DNA of 64,000 bases from an uncultured Alphaproteobacteria bacterium (GTDB taxonomy: Bacteria; Pseudomonadota; Alphaproteobacteria; RF32; CAG-239), in NCBI GenBank assembly GCA_944391685.1, contig CALXUM010000008.1, forward strand, positions 13,273 through 77,272, in the 5' to 3' direction. The stretch's first letter is position 1, and each line of letters opens with the position of its first letter. The notes beneath the pieces are model-generated. The model ran no database searches and was not told where the DNA came from. It saw nothing but the letters and a program-made list of their open reading frames with translations. The translations under genes were made by a program, and so were the position numbers. Shown here one piece after another: positions 1-9,921 of the stretch.

Positions 1-84
1 TTTTATATGCAAAATATAAAATTTTGAAAAATATAACAATTTTGTAACTATTATTATGCTAGATTTTGGTATATAATAAACTTA

Positions 85-699
85 ATGAGGACGACTATGG
101 AGGTTACCATGGGAAAATTTGCTCTTATTTGTACAGTCGCAAGTGGTGTTTTGTTTGCGACTTCAGCAATGGCTCAATTACCGGCCAACCCTTGGGAAAT
201 TAATCCTAATGACGGATATATGGGTGATAATGTTGCTAATACTGACATTACTCAAGCTCCTGTTTATGATAACACAGCAAACGGAGGCGACATTTTGCCT
301 GTTGACCCTTGGGCAAGAGCCAGAGATAAAAGCGGAATTGTAACATGGCGAGGAAGTGGCCAACATGGTAAGCTAAATTATATTGGTGAAGCAACTACTT
401 ATGGCGATGCAATGGGACAAGAAATGATTGCACCTGAAGTTAATCGCCATAATATGTTGGTAGCAACTCAGCATTTACGTAATTTAGGGTACAAAATTCC
501 AGATAGTTATGATGAAAAAATAAAAGATTTGCCGCAGGCTTATGCCAGACAGCTTAGCGATGCATATAACGGTTTAGGACACCAAAACAATCCGTTTGAC
601 ACCATGTTTTCCGGATTTATTGATATTGTTGAAGATCAATCCGGTCTAGATATGGAAAATATATTGTTTAACAGTATTGACATTTTATCTACGGATTAA
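85..699 (+). CDS. hypothetical secreted protein
   Basis: ORF track. An internal Met at 109 gives MGKFALICTVASGVLFATSAMA-Q, a Sec signal-peptide-like N-terminus. No family recognised. Confidence 0.5.
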   Translation: MRTTMEVTMGKFALICTVASGVLFATSAMAQLPANPWEINPNDGYMGDNVANTDITQAPVYDNTANGGDILPVDPWARARDKSGIVTWRGSGQHGKLNYIGEATTYGDAMGQEMIAPEVNRHNMLVATQHLRNLGYKIPDSYDEKIKDLPQAYARQLSDAYNGLGHQNNPFDTMFSGFIDIVEDQSGLDMENILFNSIDILSTD

Positions 700-703
700 A
701 AAC

Positions 704-1183
704 ATGAACAAAAAACTTTTAATTTCCTTTATTTTCGTCAGTTTATTGCCGGCAATTTCTTATGCTCAATGGTTAGGATTTTCAAAAAAAGAAGAACCTA
801 AAATTGAAGAATCTCAAAAAAATTATGAAGTAAAAGAAATTGTTTCCGATAGCAAAAATATTGCAACAAATGAGGAAACGATTATAGAACCGGCTCCGGT
901 AGCTCCGACTGCAGAAGAAATAGTTAATGCCAAAAAACCTTTAATGAAAAGCATTCAAATATCAACCGTAAATGCCACTCCTCAAGAGAGAGAAAAATTA
1001 ATTGACGCCATTACCACCATAGATAAAATTCAGGCAAGGAGACATAATCGTAAAGTAGCTCCGGAAAAACAGATTAAAATTTCAGACCCTAATGTTAATT
1101 CTAAGGATCGTAAGGCTGTACAAAAGTTTCTTAATGACAAATATGTTGCCCCTATAGGGAAATTTTCTGATAATCAGGAATAA
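704..1183 (+). CDS. hypothetical secreted protein
   Basis: ORF 677..1183 trimmed to the ATG at 704 (MNKKLLISFIFVSLLPAISYA-Q, signal-peptide-like). The rest is low complexity and Lys/Glu-rich. Confidence 0.45.
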   Translation: MNKKLLISFIFVSLLPAISYAQWLGFSKKEEPKIEESQKNYEVKEIVSDSKNIATNEETIIEPAPVAPTAEEIVNAKKPLMKSIQISTVNATPQEREKLIDAITTIDKIQARRHNRKVAPEKQIKISDPNVNSKDRKAVQKFLNDKYVAPIGKFSDNQE

Positions 1184-1186
1184 AAA

Positions 1187-1903
1187 ATGTTACCTTGTGT
1201 TATTTTGGTTGAACCGCAAATGGCTGAAAATGTAGGCATGGCAGCTCGAGCGATGATGAATTGCGGATTAGAAGAGTTGCGATTGGTGAATCCCAGAGAG
1301 AATCATTTATCTGATAAAGCAATAGCGGCATCATCAAATGCAGAAGAAATTTTGTATAATGCCAAAATATTTTCATCTACCAGTGACGCAATTGCCGATT
1401 TAAATTGGGTAGCGGCAACCACGGCCAGACATCGCGACCAAACCAAAACTGTTATGAACGCTGATGAGGCGGCAAAACAGATATCTACACTTATAACAGA
1501 TAATAATAAGTGTGGTATTATGTTTGGACCGGAACGCACCGGACTAAGAAATGAAGATGTTTGTTTGGCAGATGTTATAATTAATGTTCCTCTTAACCCC
1601 AAACATTGTTCGCTTAACCTATCTCAAGCCGTGTTGTTGGTGGGGTATGAATTTTATAAAACTCAAATATCCATTAAACCGGCACATTTGGAAACAAACC
1701 ATACTATCCCTGCCCAAAAAGAAAAAATTTTGCTGTTTTGTAACTATCTTGAAGATAAACTTGAAGATTGCGGAAATTTCAAAATCGGTGAAAAACGTGA
1801 AAAAATGATTATAAATTTGCGTAATATTTTCACACGTGGGCAAATGACTGAACAAGAGTTAAACACTCTTTACGGTGTTGTTAATCATTTACTTAGAAAA
1901 TAA
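1187..1903 (+). CDS. SpoU/TrmH-family RNA 2'-O-methyltransferase (TrmJ-like)
   Basis: The N-terminus VILVEPQMAENVGMAARAMMNCGLEELRLVNP and the later GPERTGL segment are typical of TrmJ/LasT-type SpoU methylases. Confidence 0.7.
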   Translation: MLPCVILVEPQMAENVGMAARAMMNCGLEELRLVNPRENHLSDKAIAASSNAEEILYNAKIFSSTSDAIADLNWVAATTARHRDQTKTVMNADEAAKQISTLITDNNKCGIMFGPERTGLRNEDVCLADVIINVPLNPKHCSLNLSQAVLLVGYEFYKTQISIKPAHLETNHTIPAQKEKILLFCNYLEDKLEDCGNFKIGEKREKMIINLRNIFTRGQMTEQELNTLYGVVNHLLRK

Positions 1904-1977
1904 ATTTTATCCTTTAAGCTAATTTTAGTAGATTAATGACTATATTATAAGAAAATTTCTTATAAGGAGGTATTTTT

Positions 1978-3333
1978 ATGCATGGAGCAGAATTTATAAA
2001 CGTTCCGCAAATGGTATGGGGAATGGATGCCAAAGCAGTGGCAGCGGCAATTATGATTATTGCTTATGTGGTATTATTTACCGAAAAGATGAATCGTGCT
2101 GTAGTAGCTTTATTAGGCGCTTCAGTTATGATATTTGCAGGTATTTTAACTCAAAGTACAGCTATTGCCGGAATTGATTTTAATACTTTAGCTTTATTAA
2201 TCGGTATGATGATGATTGTTGGAATTTCTGAAAAAACAGGAATTTTTCAGTATGTGGCAATTTGGTCAGCAAAAAAAGTACATGCCAACCCTCGAGGAAT
2301 TCTTTTAGTGTTGGCAGTAGTAACCGCGGTTTTCTCTGCTTTTTTGGACAATGTTACAACGGTTTTGCTTATTGTACCGGTTACCTTTCAAATTACTAAA
2401 AAGTTAGGTGTTCCGGCCTACCCTTATTTATTGATTGAGATATTTGCTTCGAATATAGGCGGAACGGCAACTCTTATCGGAGATCCGCCAAATATTCTTA
2501 TAGGTTCTGCTCTTAATTTATCATTTATGGATTTTATGCGTGAACTTACTCCAATTGTTATTTTGTGTATGCTGGTTTTATGTGTCATATTTGACTTTTT
2601 CTTTGGACGTAGACTGGTTTCAACAGCTCAAAGAAGGGATAAAATAATGCAAATGGATGAAAGTTTGGCAATATCAGATAAAGTTTTGCTAAAGAAATCA
2701 TTAATTGTCTTATTTGCTGTAATTATTGGTTTTATATCGGCAGAACATTTTCATATCGCCAACGGAACCATAGCTATGTTTGGCGGTGCCGTTTTATTAA
2801 TGCTTTATACTTTTGGCAAGCCACATGACGAAAGGGAGCACAAAGTTGAACAAGTTTTTGCTTTGGTTGACTGGACAACGATTTTCTTTTTTGCCGGATT
2901 ATTCGTAATTGTTTATGGCTTGGAAGTTACGGGTATTTTGGCAATACTAGGAAATAAGTTTATTGAAATAACTGACGGAAGTATTCAAAAAGCAAGTTTG
3001 CTTATTATTTGGGTTTCGGCAATTGTTTCGGCTGCAATTGATAATATTCCGTTTGTTGCCACGATGATTCCGATGATAAAGTCTATGGAAGAAGCTATGG
3101 GTGGACGTGAAGCAATGATGCCGGTTTGGTGGGCTTTGTCTTTAGGTGCTTGTTTTGGCGGAAACGGGACTCTAATCGGGGCTTCTGCTAATGTTATTGT
3201 AGCCGGAATGGCAACAAGAAACGGACAGCCCATAAGCTTTTTGGGATTTATGAAGTGGTCAGTGCCGATTATGCTCTTAACCGTAGCCTTAGCTACTGTT
3301 TATTTATATATTCAATATTTTGTAATCATGTAA
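1978..3333 (+). CDS. ArsB/NhaD (CitMHS-like) superfamily anion permease
   Basis: A 451 aa polytopic membrane protein. GGTATLIGDPPN and GGNGTLIGASAN are duplicated half-motifs typical of ArsB/NhaD-family transporters. Confidence 0.7.
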   Translation: MHGAEFINVPQMVWGMDAKAVAAAIMIIAYVVLFTEKMNRAVVALLGASVMIFAGILTQSTAIAGIDFNTLALLIGMMMIVGISEKTGIFQYVAIWSAKKVHANPRGILLVLAVVTAVFSAFLDNVTTVLLIVPVTFQITKKLGVPAYPYLLIEIFASNIGGTATLIGDPPNILIGSALNLSFMDFMRELTPIVILCMLVLCVIFDFFFGRRLVSTAQRRDKIMQMDESLAISDKVLLKKSLIVLFAVIIGFISAEHFHIANGTIAMFGGAVLLMLYTFGKPHDEREHKVEQVFALVDWTTIFFFAGLFVIVYGLEVTGILAILGNKFIEITDGSIQKASLLIIWVSAIVSAAIDNIPFVATMIPMIKSMEEAMGGREAMMPVWWALSLGACFGGNGTLIGASANVIVAGMATRNGQPISFLGFMKWSVPIMLLTVALATVYLYIQYFVIM

Positions 3334-3335
3334 TA

Positions 3336-3362
3336 AAAAGCCCCGTTAAACGGGGCTTTTTA
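3336..3362. terminator. bidirectional rho-independent terminator
   Basis: aaaaagccccg-ttaaa-cggggcttttt lies between convergent genes. Confidence 0.8.
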
Positions 3363-3833
3363 TTACATTGAAGAATTACCAACTCCTCCAAAAGGATTGT
3401 ACTGCCCTACTCCACCAAAATACTTACGGAAGAATCCAGGTTCTTGACCAAAAGTTTCGGTTTCATCATTACTTATTTTAACTTTATTACCATCCTCTTG
3501 TCCAAGTCGGATAATCTCACTAACCTCATCTTCATCATTAAATTTTATAGTTAAGACATCGCGATTGATTTCTTCGGGAGCAAAGAAAGCAACTCTTTTA
3601 ATGTCTGATGACATATAAATCCAAGTGTTTTTATCAAAAGATACAACAGTTGACGGTGATCCTAAGACACTGCGAACTTTTCCCATAGTATCTCCTACCG
3701 ATATTTGCGATATGCGTTCCTCTGAAGGCATGTTTCCATTATGGGTAACAAACCACTCATTCATTTTTTGACTTGAACAAGCATTTAGTAACAAAACAAA
3801 AGAAACGGTACCTATAATTTTGTTTATTGACAT
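3363..3833 (-). CDS. bamE: outer membrane assembly lipoprotein BamE (SmpA/OmlA family)
   Basis: Lipobox LLLNAC-S. An SmpA/OmlA-like core (ISVGDTMGKVRSVLGSPSTVVSF..NTWIY). Confidence 0.6.
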   Translation of the reverse strand: MSINKIIGTVSFVLLLNACSSQKMNEWFVTHNGNMPSEERISQISVGDTMGKVRSVLGSPSTVVSFDKNTWIYMSSDIKRVAFFAPEEINRDVLTIKFNDEDEVSEIIRLGQEDGNKVKISNDETETFGQEPGFFRKYFGGVGQYNPFGGVGNSSM

Positions 3834-3897
3834 ATTTATACCCTTGAAGTTATACCTAAAATAAATTAACCAATTTTATAACACAAGGAAACTATTT

Positions 3898-4416
3898 ATG
3901 CAAAATCTTTTTTCCTATCCTTTGATAATTGATGAGTTAACTCCTTCTGAAAAAAAATATCACCTTAAAGCAAATGATAAACAACTAATATACATAAGTG
4001 AGATTATTAAGGTTATTGACACTAAAAGTTTTGAAGCTGATATATTTGTAAAACCTGATAAAAAAAATCATCGCATAGATGTATGGGGAAAAGTTAAAGC
4101 CGAAATTGAACAAATGAGCGTTATTTCTTTAGAAAACTTTGTAAAGCCTTATGAAACGGAATTTTCTTTATTTTATGACACAACCTTAAATGAAGAAGAT
4201 TTGCACTCTATGGAATTTGAATTTGATGACGAAGTCCCTGATGTCGTAATTGGTGGAAAAATAGATTTAGCTGAAATTGCTATGGAGCAAATTGCTTTAG
4301 TTTTAGATGATTTTCCTAGAAAAGACGGGGAAACATTTAACTTTGAATCTGAATTTGATGAAGAAACTACAAAGGCAGCGAATCCTTTTGCTGTTTTGCA
4401 AAAATTAAAGAAATAA
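3898..4416 (+). CDS. yceD: YceD/DUF177 family protein
   Basis: An acidic 172 aa protein immediately upstream of rpmF-plsX, the conserved synteny. The C-terminal FAVLQKLK is typical of the family. Confidence 0.7.
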   Translation: MQNLFSYPLIIDELTPSEKKYHLKANDKQLIYISEIIKVIDTKSFEADIFVKPDKKNHRIDVWGKVKAEIEQMSVISLENFVKPYETEFSLFYDTTLNEEDLHSMEFEFDDEVPDVVIGGKIDLAEIAMEQIALVLDDFPRKDGETFNFESEFDEETTKAANPFAVLQKLKK

Positions 4417-4583
4417 TTTAATTGCTAATTATATTATAAAAAAAGCCTTGCAAAATAATAAAATATTAGGTAAAAGGTTCTCAGAATTTCGCAAATAACG
4501 TTTTATTCGGTTGATTTTTTAAATCAAATGGTTTATGAATGTCGACTGAATCGGAATATAACATTAATTTAGAGTATAAAAAA

Positions 4584-4772
4584 ATGGCTACACCTAAGAA
4601 GAAAACATCTAAATCTCGCCGCGATATGCGTCGTTCACATGATGCTTTGAAGTCTAATGCTTACATGGAATGCCCAAATTGCGGTGAGTTAAAAAAACCT
4701 CACAATATCTGCCCGTCTTGCGGTCAGTATGATAATCGTGAAGTAGTTGCCAAAAAAGCAACCGCCGAATAA
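4584..4772 (+). CDS. rpmF: 50S ribosomal protein L32
   Basis: [22 protein letters not shown] plus a CPNCGE..CPSCG zinc ribbon. The start is trimmed from ORF 4539. Confidence 0.9.
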   Translation: MATPKKKTSKSRRDMRRSHDALKSNAYMECPNCGELKKPHNICPSCGQYDNREVVAKKATAE

Positions 4773-4837
4773 TTGGTTTTTTATTACTGCAACCAGTCTG
4801 ATTAAGACTCAGGCTCATTTTTAGAACGGAGCAAGTT

Positions 4838-5890
4838 TTGTCTACTAATAATCTGGTAATATCAGTTGACGCTATGGGGGGAGATAATTCCCCCCGAGTC
4901 GTTGTTGAAGGTTTGGCTATTGCGGCCAAAAAGAATCCTGACATACGTTTTATTTTGTTTGGAGACTCTGCTAGAGTAACTCCTCTTTTGAATCAGTTTC
5001 CTGATTTACAAAAACTTTGTGAACTCAGGCACTCTCCCGAGATGGTTCATAATGAAGACAAGCCATCACAAGTTATCAGAAACAGAAATACTAGTATGTA
5101 TATGGCTATTGATGCCGTTCGCAAAGGTGAAGCTCAAGCAGTGGTTTCTGCCGGAAACACCGGTGCTCTGATGGCTATTTCAAAACTGGTATTAAAAACA
5201 ATTACCAAAATTCATCGTCCGGCAATTGTAAGCATGATGCCTCATCGGTCAGGTAAATATGTAATGCTTGATTTGGGAGCAAATGCCGAATGTAATGCTA
5301 TAAATTTGGCTGAATTTGCACTTATGGGCGATATTATGGCAAGGCATGCTTTGGGAATTGAACGCCCTAGAGTAGCTCTTTTGAATATAGGTGCTGAAGA
5401 AATGAAGGGTAAAGAAGAAATTCGTCAAGCATCTCATATGATTAAGAATTCACGCATGAATATTGACTTTAGAGGATATATTGAACCTCATGAAATTCCT
5501 AACGGAGTGGCTGACGTTATCGTTGCTGATGGTTTTACCGGAAATATCGCTCTTAAATCAATTGAAGGAACAGCTCGTTTGGTGGTTAGAATGCTTAAAG
5601 ACGCTATTAAGAGTTCTTTTTTGGCAAAACTAGGTCTTCCCTTTATGATTGGAGTTTTATTCAGGATAAAAAAGACTATGGATCCTCGTTTATATAACGG
5701 AGCAATGTTTGTAGGTTTGAACGGATTGTCGGTCAAAAGTCATGGCGGAACCGATGCTATAGGTTTTTCTGTTGCCGTAAATAATGCGGCTCAGCTTGTA
5801 AGACAAAATTTTGTTGCAACCATTCGTGAAGAAATTGAAAAAGTTGATCTTGACGAATTATCTCAGGAAGCTATTTATGAAGTTTATTAG
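4838..5890 (+). CDS. plsX: phosphate acyltransferase PlsX
   Basis: ISVDAMGGDNSP, SAGNTGA and KSHGG motifs. TTG start. Confidence 0.9.
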   Translation: MSTNNLVISVDAMGGDNSPRVVVEGLAIAAKKNPDIRFILFGDSARVTPLLNQFPDLQKLCELRHSPEMVHNEDKPSQVIRNRNTSMYMAIDAVRKGEAQAVVSAGNTGALMAISKLVLKTITKIHRPAIVSMMPHRSGKYVMLDLGANAECNAINLAEFALMGDIMARHALGIERPRVALLNIGAEEMKGKEEIRQASHMIKNSRMNIDFRGYIEPHEIPNGVADVIVADGFTGNIALKSIEGTARLVVRMLKDAIKSSFLAKLGLPFMIGVLFRIKKTMDPRLYNGAMFVGLNGLSVKSHGGTDAIGFSVAVNNAAQLVRQNFVATIREEIEKVDLDELSQEAIYEVY

Positions 5891-6854
5891 ATCTAAAATT
5901 ATTGGTCATGGTCATTATACTCCTAAAAAAGTTTTGACCAACGACGATATGGCTAAAATTGTCGACACAAATGATGAGTGGATTACAACCCGTACTGGGA
6001 TTAAATCTCGTTGTGTTGTTGAGGAAGAAGTAAATTCTGATTTGTCTTTTCATGCTGCGGAAATGGCTTTAAAAACCGCTAAAATATCAGCTCAAGATAT
6101 TAATTTAATTGTTTTAGCTACCATTACTCCGGATAATACGACTCCGGCAACAGCTATAAGAGTAGGACAAAAACTCGGTGTAAAGTCTGGAACACCTGCT
6201 TTTGATTTATCTGCTGCCTGCTCTGGATTTGTATATGCCTTAACAATGGCAGATAACATGATCCGTTTGGGACAAGTTAAAACGGCTTTAGTTATCGGTG
6301 CTGAAACTTTGTCAAAAGTTACAGATTGGACAGATAGAAACACTTGCGTTCTGTTTGGTGACGGAGCCGGTGCCGTTGTTTTGCAAGCTGTTGAAGAAAA
6401 TGGAACCAATCAAGATATCGGAATTTTATCAACAAAGATTTTCGCTGACGGTAATAATTACGATCATTTAAAAACAACCGGTGGAGTTTCAACAACCCAA
6501 ACAACAGGCTTTATTACCATGGATGGTAAAGAGGTATTTAAAGCCGCTATTGGCTGTTTAGCTCAAGCTGCCGAAGAAGCTGCACAAATTGCCGGTATTA
6601 ATGTTAAAGATATTGACTGGCTACTTCCTCATCAGGCAAATATTCGTATTATTGACGGAGTTGGTAAAAAGTTAGAATTGCCGGAAGAAAAAGTTATTGT
6701 TAATATTGCTCCTCATGGTAATACTTCTGCTGCTTCAATTCCACTAGCTTTATCTGAAAAAATAACTGATGGAACGATCAAAAAAGGCGATTTGATAATT
6801 TTGACAGCTATGGGAGCCGGATTTACTTGGGGCGGTGCGGTTATTCGCCTATAA
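5877..6854 (+). CDS. fabH: 3-oxoacyl-ACP synthase III
   Basis: Motifs: TSDEWI-like DEWITTRTGI; active-site AACSGF; HQAN; GNTSAAS. The start is trimmed to the ATG at 5877, overlapping the plsX stop. Confidence 0.9.
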   Translation: MKFIRSKIIGHGHYTPKKVLTNDDMAKIVDTNDEWITTRTGIKSRCVVEEEVNSDLSFHAAEMALKTAKISAQDINLIVLATITPDNTTPATAIRVGQKLGVKSGTPAFDLSAACSGFVYALTMADNMIRLGQVKTALVIGAETLSKVTDWTDRNTCVLFGDGAGAVVLQAVEENGTNQDIGILSTKIFADGNNYDHLKTTGGVSTTQTTGFITMDGKEVFKAAIGCLAQAAEEAAQIAGINVKDIDWLLPHQANIRIIDGVGKKLELPEEKVIVNIAPHGNTSAASIPLALSEKITDGTIKKGDLIILTAMGAGFTWGGAVIRL

Positions 6855-6952
6855 AAAATAAAAAAAACTGTGGATTAGCTCTTGTCATAAGAAATAATTT
6901 GGTATAACAATTTTCCTCAATGGATTTAATTATAAATTTTTAAGGATTTGAT

Positions 6953-7237
6953 ATGAAAACTATTACACGTGCTGATGTTGCTGAAACAATTTATGCTGAG
7001 ATCGGTCTTTCAAGAAAAGACTCTAATGATATTTTAGATATGATTCTTGATGAAATTGTTAAAGAACTTAGTAACGGTAATGATGTAAAATTATCTTCTT
7101 TTGGCACTTTTTCTTTACGTCAGAAAAAAGAGCGTTCCGGTAGGAATCCTAAAACCGGTGTTGAAGCCGTTATAACTCCCAGAAAAGTTATTTCTTTTCG
7201 CCCTTCTCAAACCATGCGTAAAATTATAAATGCTTAA
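6953..7237 (+). CDS. ihfA: integration host factor subunit alpha
   Basis: HU/IHF fold sequence: [36 protein letters not shown]. Confidence 0.85.
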   Translation: MKTITRADVAETIYAEIGLSRKDSNDILDMILDEIVKELSNGNDVKLSSFGTFSLRQKKERSGRNPKTGVEAVITPRKVISFRPSQTMRKIINA

Positions 7238-7260
7238 AATATTTTGAAGGGACGTTTTTC

Positions 7261-7671
7261 ATGGTTGTAAATAAAAGCAAGGCTGCTTTTCGTACAATTG
7301 CTGAAGTTGCTGAAGAGTTGGGTGTAGCTACGCATGTTTTGCGTTTTTGGGAAACAAAATTTGCTCAAATAAAACCTATGAAACGTAGTGGTGGAAGACG
7401 TTATTATCGTCCTGATGATGTGGAACTGGTTAAAACAATTAAGCATTTTCTTTATGATAAGCGTTACACAATCGAAGGCGTACAAAAGCTTTTTAAAGAA
7501 AAAGGTGTGAAAAATCTGGTTGGTGAAGAAATTCAAAAAGATTTTTTTGAGGAATCTTTGCAGACTACTGGTATAAATGATGATAGTCGCGAGATTATTA
7601 CATCTTTACAAGAACAGCTAAAAGCAATGAAAGCAGAACTAACCGCAGCTTTGGCCAAAGTAGAAAAATAG
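7261..7671 (+). CDS. MerR-family transcriptional regulator
   Basis: [28 protein letters not shown]. The position after ihfA is conserved in Alphaproteobacteria. Confidence 0.8.
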   Translation: MVVNKSKAAFRTIAEVAEELGVATHVLRFWETKFAQIKPMKRSGGRRYYRPDDVELVKTIKHFLYDKRYTIEGVQKLFKEKGVKNLVGEEIQKDFFEESLQTTGINDDSREIITSLQEQLKAMKAELTAALAKVEK

Positions 7672-7724
7672 CCTATAAAAGATATTGCATAAAAAAATTA
7701 TTATGCTAAAGTACGTTTGTTTTT

Positions 7725-7801
7725 CGGGACGTAGTTCAGCCTGGTAGAGCGCTTGCATGGGGTGCAAGAAGTCGGAGGTTCAAATCCTCTCGTCCCGACC
7801 A
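7725..7801 (+). tRNA. tRNA-Pro (anticodon GGG)
   Basis: Hand-folded cloverleaf. Acceptor CGGGACG/CGTCCCG. Anticodon stem CTTGC/GCAAG with loop ATGGGGT. T-arm GGAGG-TTCAAAT-CCTCT. Encoded CCA. Confidence 0.85.
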
Positions 7802-7832
7802 AATCTAAAATCCGCTTTTATAAGCGGATTTT
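7785..7832 (+). repeat. 48-bp direct repeat copy 1 (tRNA-Pro 3' end plus terminator hairpin)
   Basis: tcctctcgtcccgaccaaatctaaaatccgcttttataagcggatttt is identical to 7965..8012. Confidence 0.9.
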
Positions 7833-7964
7833 TTCTTTGGAGAGGATTATCCTCTTTGGTATCTAATTTCGCTGCAGGCAATTCATATTGCCTTAGCTCA
7901 ATAAGATTTTACAAAGAACTTGCAGATAAAACACACCGGAGCAACGGTGTGTTTTCCTTAGCGT

Positions 7965-8012
7965 TCCTCTCGTCCCGACCAAATCTAAAATCCGCTTTTA
8001 TAAGCGGATTTT
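7965..8012 (+). repeat. 48-bp direct repeat copy 2 (orphan tRNA-Pro 3' end plus terminator)
   Basis: A perfect copy exactly 180 bp downstream of copy 1. Here the hairpin extends to a 17-bp stem (aaatctaaaatccgctt/aagcggattttagattt). Confidence 0.9.
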
Positions 8013-8096
8013 AGATTTTAATGTTTTGACAAAAATATTGACATAAAACATTGTTTGTAATAGAGTGTTAAGCAGTTAATTAAAAATTATTAAATT

Positions 8097-8393
8097 ATGA
8101 TCAATATATTTTATTTTTTTGGAGGGATGCTATTACAATTCATTATTGAAAGAAGCATTAGGTTAGTTTATAAAAAATTTCTAAATCAAAAATATCAAGT
8201 GGTTTGTTTTTCAAGAGAATTGGAAGCGGACGGAACTTATAAAATATGGTTTAGACATCCGTGTGGACGTGTTGTACAAGGATACACAAAAAAATGTCCT
8301 CCTAAAAATATTTTACCTAGTGAACTTATGGTAAAAGTACGTACTTATAATTTAAAAAGACTCAAATACAGAGTCTTCTGGGAAAAACGTTAA
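8097..8393 (+). CDS. hypothetical protein
   Basis: ORF followed by a terminator at 8399..8424. No family recognised. Confidence 0.35.
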   Translation: MINIFYFFGGMLLQFIIERSIRLVYKKFLNQKYQVVCFSRELEADGTYKIWFRHPCGRVVQGYTKKCPPKNILPSELMVKVRTYNLKRLKYRVFWEKR

Positions 8394-8398
8394 TCTCC

Positions 8399-8424
8399 TA
8401 CCCGCCTTAATGGCGGGTTTTTTA
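8399..8424 (+). terminator. rho-independent terminator
   Basis: cccgcc-ttaa-tggcggg followed by a T-run. Confidence 0.7.
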
Positions 8425-8494
8425 TTATAATTTTTATTTTCCCTCTTTTTATATTATTTCTAATATATATATAAATTGCTCGGAGGATATTAAA

Positions 8495-9163
8495 ATGTTT
8501 AATAATGCACATAAAGATTGGAAAGAATTTATTAAAGCAATTTGGGACTTTTTAACCAGTAAAACCGGAGCATTTATAATTGGAGTTTCTGCTATTGCCA
8601 TCGGATGGTATCAATTTTATATAAGTCGACCTATCTTAAAATATGATACCGAAACAGTAACATTTATATCTTCACAAAATGAAAATGATTATAAAGTTAA
8701 TGTTAAAGGAAAAGAATATAAAGATCTTTATATGACCAGAATATTTTTACAAAATAAAGGAGCTGCTGCATTATCGGGAAGTGATGTTTCTAAAATCGGG
8801 CATGATCCGATAAGGATTGTGGTTCCCAAAGATGCAAAAATGGTACATTATACTCTTGATAACACACTTACATCATCTGCAATTACATCAAAATTAACCC
8901 CTGTTGATGATGATTTGGTTATTGAATTTGATTACCTTAATCCTGATTATCAAATCGGAGCATCTATTTTACATGAAAATCCTGATGCAAAATTCAGCAT
9001 TAAAGGCAGTGCTTTGAATGTAAACGAAATTACTCGTGAGTGGAGCGATAAAATGCTTAAATTTTGGGGTATGTGGACACTTGGAATTTTGTATCTGATT
9101 TTGGTTTTGATATATATTTATCATCATTGGTATAAAAAACGCAAAATCTGGCAAAAGATTTAA
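8495..9163 (+). CDS. hypothetical membrane protein
   Basis: RBS ggagga upstream. Hydrophobic helices near both the N- and C-termini. Confidence 0.45.
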   Translation: MFNNAHKDWKEFIKAIWDFLTSKTGAFIIGVSAIAIGWYQFYISRPILKYDTETVTFISSQNENDYKVNVKGKEYKDLYMTRIFLQNKGAAALSGSDVSKIGHDPIRIVVPKDAKMVHYTLDNTLTSSAITSKLTPVDDDLVIEFDYLNPDYQIGASILHENPDAKFSIKGSALNVNEITREWSDKMLKFWGMWTLGILYLILVLIYIYHHWYKKRKIWQKI

Positions 9164-9234
9164 AAATAAACTTGAAAAAATTTTCCCTTGGCATAAAGTA
9201 TTGGCAGGATAAATTTTATACAAAGGAGTTTGAC

Positions 9235-9876
9235 ATGAAAAAATCTCTTGTTTATGCGGTGCTGGCTTTTTCTTTGCTTAGTGCTTGTGCTATAGATCCT
9301 TATACTGGAGAATCAAAAGTATCTAAAACAACTTGGGGTACAGGTATCGGAGCAGCTGCCGGTGCTGGAATTGGAGCTCTTGCCGGTGGCGAAAAAGGAG
9401 CTTTAATCGGAGCCGGAGTTGGTGCTTTGGCAGGAGCCGGAACCGGCGCTTATATGGATGTTCAAGCACGTAAGTTGCGTGAAGAATTAGTGGGAACGGG
9501 AGTACAAGTTAAAGAAGTTGACGGCAGAGTTTATTTGATTATGCCTGGCAATATTACTTTTGATACCAATGAAGCCGTGATTAAACCGAGTTTTCAGCCT
9601 GTGTTGAATTCAATTGCCAAAGTTATCAAAGAATATAACAAAACCATGGTTCAAGTATATGGATACACTGACAATACCGGAAGTGCAGCCACCAATAATG
9701 CATTGTCTTTACGCAGAGCTACGGCTGTATCAAATTACTTACGTTTGCAAGGTGTTAACGGCAACCGCATAATTACCGACGGACTTGGTTCATCAAACCC
9801 AATTGCATCAAATGCAACAGCTAGCGGTCGTGAACAAAATCGTCGTGTTGAGATTGCTTTAATTAATCAACAATAA
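9235..9876 (+). CDS. OmpA-family lipoprotein (glycine-zipper N-terminus, OmpA/MotB C-terminal domain)
   Basis: RBS aaggag 6 nt before the ATG at 9235. Lipobox LLSAC. Gly-zipper GIGAAAGAGIGALAGG. OmpA_C motifs GYTDNTGS..NN.LS..RA..V and REQNRRVEI. Confidence 0.8.
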   Translation: MKKSLVYAVLAFSLLSACAIDPYTGESKVSKTTWGTGIGAAAGAGIGALAGGEKGALIGAGVGALAGAGTGAYMDVQARKLREELVGTGVQVKEVDGRVYLIMPGNITFDTNEAVIKPSFQPVLNSIAKVIKEYNKTMVQVYGYTDNTGSAATNNALSLRRATAVSNYLRLQGVNGNRIITDGLGSSNPIASNATASGREQNRRVEIALINQQ

Positions 9877-9892
9877 TAATTTTTAGTTTTTA

Positions 9893-9918
9893 CCCCCCTC
9901 TTTTTAGAGGGGGTTTTT
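9893..9918. terminator. rho-independent terminator
   Basis: ccccctc-tttttag-aggggg then ttttt, between convergent genes. Confidence 0.7.
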
Positions 9919-9921
9919 ATA

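Noticed and set aside
1303-6504. Assorted 60-105 aa ORFs nested in or antisense to trmJ-like, plsX, fabH and rpmF regions (e.g. 1303..1602, 4654..4944, 5488..5736, 6092..6409)
   Set aside because: All overlap confidently assigned genes on the other strand or frame, and none shows a recognisable motif.
7757-8014. 85-aa plus-strand ORF
   Set aside because: It runs through the 3' half of tRNA-Pro and both 48-bp repeats. Its repeated C- and N-terminal peptide is simply the translated repeat, so it is an artefact.
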